Assembly: GCA_002104945.1 (NCBI GenBank)
Contig: MCFH01000004.1
Span: 1,178,001-1,242,000, forward strand
DNA length: 64,000 nucleotides
Source: Piromyces finnis finn
Taxonomy: Eukaryota > Fungi > Neocallimastigomycota
Direction: 5' to 3'
Part shown: in pieces, positions 17,926 to 27,799 of the stretch
Numbering within the stretch: position 1 is the stretch's first letter
Layout: the number at the start of each line of letters is the position of its first letter
Made by a program: the position numbers and the translations under genes
Notes under the pieces: model-generated
Databases searched by the model: none
Told to the model about the DNA's origin: nothing
What the model saw: the letters and a program-made list of their open reading frames with translations, nothing else

Positions 17926-18808
17926 TTAATTTTAACATATTATAATTTAAATTATTTATTATTATATTTTGTTATTTTACCTATTTAATAAAAATTATCT
18001 TTATTTAAAATAATTATATTTTTATATATCACATTTCCTTTTTTATATATATATATATATACTTTTTTATAATTAAAATAAACTATATTTTCTAATAAAT
18101 ATCAAATTTAATAATAATAATAATAATTAATATTTGAATTTTAAAGTATACAATGGAAAATAAAAAAAAAATAAATATAATAAAATGATTAATAATAGCA
18201 TTAAAAGTATGTTGATTTGATTAGTGAAGACAAAAAAAAAAAAAAGTTACATTATAAATAAGTTATAGTAGAAAATATTAAGCTTTAAATAATGTAAATT
18301 CTATTATTTTAATATCAATATATATCTTTTTTATAAATATCAAAATATTTTGTACTTTAAAACATATGTAAACCTTGCAAAGCTTTTAATTATTAATTCT
18401 CTATATTATTTATACTAGCATTAATTATCCATTAATTATCCTGTGGAAATAATTAATATCTTAAATAAAAAAATAACCATTTATAAAGCACGTGTATTCA
18501 TAAATATAAATAGGATTAATAATAATAAATAAAGACAATACATTTTATCCTTAATATATTTTTTATTATAAATAATATAATGTAGATATGGAAATAGTTA
18601 TATAATAATAAAATTTTAATTGAAATTTTTTATTTTTATTTCTTCTTTTTCTTTTTTTTTTTTCTCTACTTTTTTGTTTTCCCTTTTCCCTTTTTTTTTT
18701 ATCTTTTTTTTTTTTTTTTTTATTTTTAACTTTGAAAAAAATATAATAATTTATGCAGTTTTATTAAAATTTTAAATTTTTATGGAAAAAATTTTAAAAT
18801 TATTAAAA

Positions 18809-21588
18809 CTATTTGAAGAATTTTTCTTTAATATCTGGGTATTTTTTAATAACATCAAGTTGGGCTTTAGCAGCTTCTCTGCACATAACAGCTTGTTGTA
18901 AATCCATATTAGTTCTAGCTACTTCAATAGCTTTACCATATTCTTCAACAGCTTCTGCGATATCATGCTTTTGTAAACAAATTTGGGCCAATTGAACGTG
19001 AGCAATATCACATTCTGGGTCAACTTCAATAGCTTTTCTAACAAATTTTTCAGAGTTAAGTAAATCCATTTTTTGTTGATGTAAAATAGCCTTATTAACA
19101 TATGAGAATGGAAGTTGTGGTGCAACCTTTGATGCTTTATCAAATTCATTCATAGCATCATCAAATCTTTGTAAGTCCATTAAAATTTCACCATAATAAT
19201 TATGTAAATCTGGAGAGTTAGGGAATTTTTTACTTGCATCTTCAAATGTCTTAATAGCAGTTGGAGTGGAACCATTACGATAGTATGCAACACCTTGTTG
19301 AATATAACTGAAAACAAAGGTTGGATCTAATTCGGCACTCTTTTTGTAATCTTCAATAGAATCTTCATATTGGTTTAACATAAATTTAATATGTGCTCTG
19401 TGGTAATAAAGATCTGGATCATCAGAAGAAATCATTGCAGCTCTTATAAAATTTAATGTTAAATATAAATATTAATATTTATGCCATAAAAATTTAAGTA
19501 TGAACTCGAAATTATTGTATTATCATGATCTTCTTACCTGTCAAATAATTCTAATGATGGCTCAAGTTCACCCTTTTCTAATAAACAAGAGGCTAACTTA
19601 ATATGAGTTTGAATATTTTCTGGGTCAAGCTTTAATGATTCTTCAAAATCAGCTATAGCAGCATCCATTGAATTAGCTAAATAAAGGTATGTACCTCTTA
19701 AACGAAGAGCACCAGCTTTCATCTTGTCATTTTTAATACCAGCTTGAATAGCATGATCAACCTTTTCTGATGCTAATTTATAATTCTTTAATTTTGTGTT
19801 TTCTAAAGCATCCAAGAAGAGAGATTCACCTTGTTCTTCATTCCAAATATTAGAATTTGGTTCATCATAAAAATCTTCTTTTGCTTTATTATTAATAAGT
19901 ATAGTTTATTTTTTGTTAGACATTTATTATCATATTGATGATTTTTTAAATTTATTTATCAGTATTATTATTATTTTTCTTTTATTAAAAAAAAATAAAA
20001 TAAAATAAAAGGAAAAAGATATACATACTTCTGAATGAATCTAAATATGTTGTAATAAAAGTATCTGATGGAAGTTTTGGTTTTCTATTCTTTATGATTT
20101 CATTAGTAACTTCTTCAGAATAATTCTTTAATACTGTTTCATTAGAAGCAACAATAGAATTATCAGAAAATTCATCTAAAATACACAAAGCAGTATAATC
20201 ATTTAAAGCTTGTTCTAGATTTTTGGTTTTTTCATATGCTTGAGCTCTTCTTTTTAAAGCTTTGATATAATTTGGATTTAATTTTAAAGCTAATTTAAAA
20301 TTATAATAATATATTTAATAATGAAAGTAACTTTTTTTTTTAATTATATATGATTTATTGATATTAATTTTACCTTCATTGCAATCAGCAATGACTTCTT
20401 CCATTTTTCCTAAATTATTATAACAAGCAGCTCTATTTCCATAATATACACAGTCTGGGAAGAGTTCAATAGCTTTTGTATATTGTTTAATAGCTTTATT
20501 ATATTTTTTAGACTGGAATAACTTATTTCCTTCGTCTTTTGCTTTTTTAGCTAGCTCTTTACGTTCCTAAATAATATTTAATATATCGCAATAAAAAGAT
20601 TTCATAATTTAAAAACTGATATATATTTAAAAAGCAATAGACAGAAAATTTCAAATCTCCATAATTTTAGATTTAACATTTATATCTTATACTATTGAAT
20701 AAAATAACATACAGTTTCAGTTAAATTAAGATACTCATTTTTTGGTTCAGTATCATCATTATCTTCTTTTATTTCTTCTAATGGTGGTGGTAAATCATCG
20801 GTTTCTGTGGAACCTTCTTTTTTATCATCATTAAATCCATCAATAAATGGATTTAATTCTTTAACTTCTGATTCAGATAATTTGAAATTTGAGTTGTAAG
20901 TTGGTGTTGATAAAATTACATCGTCTAATTTATTATTTTGGTCCGGATTTTCTGTAGCATTACTATTTATAACATTTGAAGATTCCTTCTTTTTTCCTTT
21001 ACTCTTTGCTATTTAAATTTTTAATTTATTAATTTTTCACAAATTATTTAAAAATTATAAAATGTATTCAAGAATTAAATTAATAAATATATATATATTT
21101 AATTAATTTTAAAAGTTCATTTAAAGTATTATTAAGATATTTATAGATAAATAATTAACTTTATTATGTATTCTTATATTTTTAATCATTCCAATAAATT
21201 TATATATAAATGTATATATTATATATTTACATTTAGACTTCTTTTTATTCTTCTTTTTATTTTTTTTTGGTGTACTTAATAAAACTTTAATATTTGATAG
21301 TATCTCTGGATTTTTATAAACATTGTATGCTGTTGCTATAAATGCTGAGGTAGCTAAAAATGCAGAAATCTGTTTATAATTTAAAGATGAACTAGCAACT
21401 TTTGCAACAGTACTAGTGGTTGGTGCTACAACATTTTCTACCATATCCGAAGCATTTTGATTTATAACTTCTGGAATTACAGCATCTGCAACTGATTCAG
21501 CTACGTTATTTAGAGGTTCTGTAAAATTAACATCGACGTTAGGTGCAGACCAACTTTGAGCAATAGCTCTAGCTTCAGATCTATACAT
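18809..21588 (-). CDS. TOM70: Organellar (mitochondrial-type/hydrogenosomal) import receptor Tom70, multi-exon TPR protein
   Basis: Exon 21588-21231 encodes a TM segment (ISAFLATSAFIATAYNVY) plus a Lys run. It splices in phase through 21008-20713 to KAKDEGNKLFQSKKYNKAIKQYTKAIEL..YYGNRAACY..VIADCNEALKLNPNYIKALKRRAQAYE, then LPSDTFITTYLDSFR and DPDLYYHRAHIKFMLNQY..ELDPTFVFSYIQ, typical of Tom70 clamp and core TPRs. Confidence 0.88.
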
Positions 21589-22410
21589 TCTTTAAATTTA
21601 TATGTATCTTTTTATTTAATTTTATTTATTTATTTATTGAATAAAAATGTTTACACTTAAAGTGGAATTTTTAAATTAATTTTAATTATATTTAATAAAA
21701 AAAAAATAATTTATCGAGGTTATTTTATAATTAAATATATTATTAAGTTATTAATATTCAATTTGCTTACCAGCAATAACAAATCAAATCTTCAATTTAT
21801 TTTTAAAAACAAATAATGAAATTTTACTCTATTAAACTCTATTAGTTCAAAATTCAAAAATCTAATTTTAAAATAATTTCATTTATTTTTTATTTTTATT
21901 TTTAAAAAATAATATAGTTATATAATAATATAGTTAAAAATTAAAGAGAAATTTTATTATTTTTTATCCAATGCAATTGTTTTATTTTTGTTATAATTCT
22001 TTTTTATTTTTTTTAAAAATTTCAAAATTTTATTTCATTAATATATTATTTCAATATATAAATCATAATTAATAACATATATTATTTTTGTTACACATTA
22101 TTTTCAAATATGATTGGCTATAAATTATTGAAAGATTAATTTTTTTTAACTATTATTTTATTAATTATTGACAGTAAAGAAGGAAATAAGTGAAAATATA
22201 ATAAATATATCATATTTACAATTTATATACTTTTTTATTTTTCTATTTAAAAATATTAACTTTGGTTATAAGATAGTAATAAATGATGTTATTTTGATAT
22301 ATTAATAAAATATAAAATTACATTATATATATTTGGTAATATTAGTATTTTATATTGCAATTAAAATTCAAAAATATATTTGAATTTAAAGATATTTAGA
22401 AAAAAATTCA

Positions 22411-23269
22411 TTATTTAAGAATTTTTAACACAGTCCAAGATACAATGAAAACTAATACCTAATAATATTTTGTAAGAAAAAAAAGATTGCATATTTATTA
22501 ATTTTCTATTTTGTTTGTGTATTTATTTATCTTTTACTTACAAAATTAAAGACAAATATATAATATGGATATGACCTTTTATCCGACCCAATGTTCGGTT
22601 TGCATTTGTACAAATCAAGTAAACACATCTTTAATTTCATTTTTATTTAATATATATTCAATTATTGATTTTAATTACAAATTAAAATTTAACTAAATAA
22701 CTTAGAAATATCAAAATAATAAACTTACTTTGTCATCTTCAAAACTCCAACTATACTTTCTTTCTTCTAAAATAACAGAACACCCTTTACAAATAGGATA
22801 TTTATCAATTATTGGATCTACAATGCATGTCTAGTATTCATATTATTAATTTTTTCATATAATTACATTATTTTTATTAATTTATTATTTCAATTACTAT
22901 TTTATATATTTTTATAATCCTACTTTATTATATTCTTTTCCATAATATGTTCCCATATATTTAAATTCAATTGTAAATCCAATACAAAATTTTTTATCTA
23001 TGAAATCTTTGCATAGCTCATTATCTATGATACATGACTATAAATATAATATACTTAGATTTTATATAAAAAAACATATAAAATTATATAAAATAATAAT
23101 TTACTTGTTCATTTTCCCATCCTAAATTAAATTTTAATTCTGAATTTTCTTCAGCTGTAATAATACAAGTTTTACATACTGGTAAAATATTAGAATTGCC
23201 GGATGCAATTTTTATTAACAATAGTATAATGAATACTGATTTTCTATTTAAAATATCAATTATCTTCAT
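22411..23269 (-). CDS. 171-aa secreted protein: signal peptide, three degenerate fungal dockerin (CBM10/NCDD)-like repeats, C-terminal transmembrane helix
   Basis: Five phase-0 exons (23269-23105, 23037-22924, 22830-22729, 22628-22542, 22458-22411) with GT-AG ends give an open frame. Repeats: LPVCKTCII..LGWENEQSCIIDNELC; KFCIGFTIEF..YGKEYNKTCIVD; YPICKGCSVI..WSFEDDKMCLLDLYKC. Tail: YYIFVFNFVLVFIVSWTVLKILK-stop. Confidence 0.75.
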
Positions 23270-24831
23270 ATATTAATTATTATCAAGTATTATTTTGATT
23301 GTGTTATTTTTATAATTATTTCAAATTTTACATATTTCTTGTTTGGATAATTTTTTTATTCAATAAACTTTTTTTCGAAAAAAAATTATTTTAGTGTACT
23401 AATTACTTAATAATTAATTTAATTTTAATATAGAAATTACTTATTAAAATTGTAGTAAATCTAATTTGTTTTAAATCTTTAATACATGATTTTTTTATTA
23501 ATAATTAATTTTTTTTAATATTGTATCATATTAAAAAATGGTAAAAAAATGAATGAAAAAATATATAATAAATAGAATTATGATATAATAATAAACTTTA
23601 TAGATTAATTTATTTAAAAAATATTATCCTTGTTTTTTTATCGAATTATTCTTTTTATTAGATTAAATAATTTAGAAAAGATTAGACTAGGGTTAGGTTC
23701 AACTATACATTACATGAATTGGTCTAAATTAGTATTTGTTTTAATGTCAACAAACAAACAAAAAAAAAAAAAACTAAAATATATAACACAATAATTCTGG
23801 TACAATTCATATATATATAATCCTATATTTTTAATTATAAGGAATATAATATTGAAAATCTTAACAAAGATCATTTAAAGCATTCTATTAAGTTTCTATC
23901 TAATTTTATTAAAATCCTGATGTGATTACATATATAAGATTTGAAAAGAATTTTTTAAATATTTATTTATAATTAATATTATAAATATTTGATATTATAT
24001 ATATTAATAATCTAAAATAAAAAAATTTATTTTTTGAATTATATGAATTGTTATAAATTGTTATAAAATAGATATCTTTTGAATAAATATTAAAATATAA
24101 AAATTGTTATAAAAATATATATAACCTTTTATTAAATAAAATAACAAAATAAAATAATAAATATATAAATATATATTTAAATTTTTTTAAAAAATATAAA
24201 GCTTTATTAAAGTATAATGTTTTTAAAATGAAAAATTAATTTTAATTTTATTAAAAACATATATATAATATCTTAAAATACATTTATAGAATTATAATAT
24301 TTGTTTATCTATTTATTTAATATAAAATTTTAATAATCTTAAATTTATTTATAGCGTTGATATTACAAAATTTAGATTTTACTTATTAAAATTCAATTTA
24401 TAATTCTTTTAAAAATAACTTATTTAAATAGAAATTGTAATAATTAATTATATTATAATTAAAATTAAATGAGTTATAAATATAATTTAAAGTATTTTTA
24501 GAAATAGATACTTTTTTAAAATATGTTTTAATTTTTTAGATTCTATTTTTAAATAGTTTATTCTATTAATATCTATTATTATTAATTAAAACTAATAATA
24601 AAAAAATAATAAAGAATTAACAAAAAAAAAAAAAGTATATAAAGAAACAAATTTTCGTTTCTTTTAAAAAACTATCCTTTTTATAAAGGTGTGTCTTATA
24701 TTACAGGGTAATATATAGATAAAGGAGCAATATAAAAATTAAATGTGTTAAAAGCTAGAAAAAAGCAAAGTATAGTAAAATCCCCAAAATTTAGCTAAAA
24801 AAAAAAGATACCCAAAGAAAAAGAAAAAAAA

Positions 24832-26181
24832 ATGACTGCAATTGATACTTATTCAAATACAGCAAATTTCTTTATCACTAAATTAAATGATAAAGAAGAA
24901 GAACTTGAAATAAATTATAAGAGCCCAAAAAATTATTTATTAAAGGATTTTAATAATAAAAATAACACTTTTATTGTAAAATCTGATTCGACAAATACAC
25001 TTTGCAATTGTAAGGAAGATATTCTTCAGCCCACAGGAATAGTATGGTCAGTAACAAATGAACAAGGTTATCGTAAAAGAAATGGAGAAAAGACAAATTT
25101 ACATGAAAGATGCGAAGATTTTCATTGGCCACAAAGAAATGATAATGCATTTAAACGAATTCATCCAATAAATGGGAAATCCATTAATATGTATATTCTT
25201 GCTGATGGACATGGTGGTCATGAAGCTCCACAAATATTTCTTGCAAGAGCTTGTGCCGCATGTTTTAAAGTTATGGAAAGTAAAAATTGGAATTTATCAA
25301 TGCCTGATCATCAAGAGGAATTAAGAAGTATTCTTACTGATACTTATATTTCATTAGATAGACAATTCTGTGAAGAAAAGGTAGCAGAATATGAAGAATA
25401 CAACAGAAATGGAAAACAAGGTAAAAAGCCAGTAGATGATGGTTGTACCCTTATTGTCAATATAGTATATGATGGTTATTTAATAAATGTTAATACTGGT
25501 GATTCAAGAACAGTTTTAGGAAGTAAAAAGGAAAAGTCACACTTTTTACATAAAAAGACGTTTGAATTTGTTCCAACTTTTTCTTCTTTAGACCAAAGTC
25601 CTGATCATCCAGAAAAAGCATATAACGTTTCGCATAACGGAGGTATATTCTTATCTTCAGGAGGAATTCCTCGTAAAAGACCAAACATTGAACCTTTTGA
25701 AAAGAGAGGTATGGTTACATATCCTGAACTTGTAGGAACTCGTATCTATCGTCCATCTAATAAACGAATTGAGGAATTAGGTATTAATCATTTGATGACA
25801 CTTAATATGGGAGGTTCTATGGGAGATCTTCTCTTCAAAATTGAACCAGCTGTAATTTCATGTCGTCCAGACGTTTCAATTTTAAAAATTGATCGTTCAG
25901 TTGATAATATTCTTTTAATCGCTACTGATGGTATCTGGGATCACCTTAATTGGCAAGAACCAGAAAAGCAAAACGAAAAGATTATGAGTTACATTAGTAA
26001 GCAAATGGGTGAAAATGTTGAAATTAATGAAGAACTCTTAAATAAGATTTCCTCTAAGTTAGTTAAACGTGAAAATAACCTTGAACTTTACGAACCACGT
26101 CAACGTTACGATGACTGTACAGCTTTCTTAGTTTATCTTCCAGCCGGTTCTGAAGAACAAAACTTAGAAGCCTCTAGCTAA
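24832..26181 (+). CDS. PP2C/PPM-family Ser/Thr protein phosphatase (449 aa, intronless)
   Basis: Metal-binding and family motifs RCED, ILADGHGG, DDGCT, NVNTGDSR, SMGD, LLIATDGIWD and YDDCT in the canonical order. Confidence 0.9.
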   Translation: MTAIDTYSNTANFFITKLNDKEEELEINYKSPKNYLLKDFNNKNNTFIVKSDSTNTLCNCKEDILQPTGIVWSVTNEQGYRKRNGEKTNLHERCEDFHWPQRNDNAFKRIHPINGKSINMYILADGHGGHEAPQIFLARACAACFKVMESKNWNLSMPDHQEELRSILTDTYISLDRQFCEEKVAEYEEYNRNGKQGKKPVDDGCTLIVNIVYDGYLINVNTGDSRTVLGSKKEKSHFLHKKTFEFVPTFSSLDQSPDHPEKAYNVSHNGGIFLSSGGIPRKRPNIEPFEKRGMVTYPELVGTRIYRPSNKRIEELGINHLMTLNMGGSMGDLLFKIEPAVISCRPDVSILKIDRSVDNILLIATDGIWDHLNWQEPEKQNEKIMSYISKQMGENVEINEELLNKISSKLVKRENNLELYEPRQRYDDCTAFLVYLPAGSEEQNLEASS

Positions 26182-26271
26182 ATTTTGGGGAGCAAGCTAT
26201 GAAAACACAACTGTTTAATTAATATATTCTCTTAAAAAATAATAATAATAATTTCTTAAATTATTATTAAA

Positions 26272-26302
<31 letters not shown>

Positions 26303-26400
26303 TCAAAAACTTTAAAATTTGAGAAATCTTAAAAAAAAAATAAAAAAAAAAAATACTAAAAAAAATGTTATTTTATTTTAGTGTAATTTTTATGTAATTT

Positions 26401-26969
26401 TTTTAAATATTGTTTAATATTGTGTTTTAAATTATTAGAGTTGTGCTTTTTTTAAAATGAAAATAACTAATTAAAGTAAATAATATTTTTTTTAAATATT
26501 GTTTAAATATTGTGTTTTAAATTATTAGAGTTGTGCTTATTTTTAAAAGAAATAACTGAAAGTAAATAATATTTTTAAAAAAAGAATTAAAATCGTTTAT
26601 ATTAGTATAGAATAGAAATGCATTTTTTATATTTTATGATAAAAAAATATTTTACGTATTGATATATTTAATTATAATATCATAATATAATATTATAACA
26701 TAGAGAATTATAAAGCATAACGTTATTAAATATACAATTTTCAAGTTAAATTGGGCTAAGTATGTTTTATATTGCTTCGGCAAAGTGCTTTTTTTAAAAT
26801 GAAATAATTAATTAAAGTAAATAATATTTTTTTTAAATATTGTTTAATATTGTGTTTTAAATTATTAGAGTTGTGCTTTTTTTTAAATGAAATAACTAAT
26901 TAAAGTAAATAATATTTTAAAAAAAAGAATTAAAAATCGTTTATATTAGTATAGAATAGAAATGCATTT
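26401..26969. repeat. Nested non-coding duplication: ~90-bp tandem unit inside a ~185-bp block present twice
   Basis: Unit ttttaaatattgtttaatattgtgttttaaattattagagttgtgc..aaagtaaataatatttt at ~26401, ~26491 and ~26831 (partial at ~26785). Shared tail aatcgtttatattagtatagaatagaaatgcattt ends at ~26624 and ~26969. Confidence 0.85.
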
Positions 26970-27099
26970 GTTAATGAACATTTTGCGAATTTATTTATTG
27001 GTTTTAAAAATAACAGTTGAGATTAATAAGATTATTTATGGCATTATTGAAAATTTTATATTTAGTTCAAATAGTAATTTTACTTATAATAATTACTTT

Positions 27100-27215
27100 A
27101 GTTAATTACTATATAAATTTCAACATTTCTAATAAAATTACACATATTGCAATTAACAGTTAATTACTATATGAATTTCAGCATTTCTAGTAAAATTACA
27201 CATATTGCAGTTGAT
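27100..27215. repeat. 58-bp tandem duplication
   Basis: 27100-27157 and 27158-27215 align without gaps with 6 mismatches. Confidence 0.9.
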
Positions 27216-27799
27216 AAAGTGTGCCTTTGTGATAAATATAATTTGTGCAGAAATTCAATTTTGATGTTTTAAATATAAATTCTTGGGAGCGTGTTATGTT
27301 GTAGCTTTTGAAATTCCTTACTAATGTTATACCAATCATGAATTGGGACTAACACAGAATTGAATGATAATAATAATCTATAAGGAATTCTCATCAAAAA
27401 ATGGGAAGAATTAGAGATTATTATAAATACAATTAGTGGCATTAATCCTTAAACTATAATCGCTATTAAAAATAAAATTAATATATCGAATTTATTGTAT
27501 AAGTGGTAATTTGTTAATGTTAGCTTTAATAATCTAGTGAATATTAATGTGCAAAAAATATTTAAAGTCCTTCTTTGGAGAAATTTTAAATTTAAGCAAA
27601 TGAAAAAATATTACAAGTACCATGTTAAATTGAGAACTTTCAACTATAATATTACTTTTTGTTATTAGTTAATAATGATCGATGATCAAAATGTTTAAAG
27701 CAATAAATAATAATAGAAAACTACATAGTGAGTAAAAAGGACAAAATGCTTCTAACTCTTCATGAAAAATTGTTTAACTATTCAGTTAATATATAGTGT

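Noticed and set aside
23688-23697. Telomere-like tagggttagg
   Set aside because: Under two repeat units; expected by chance.
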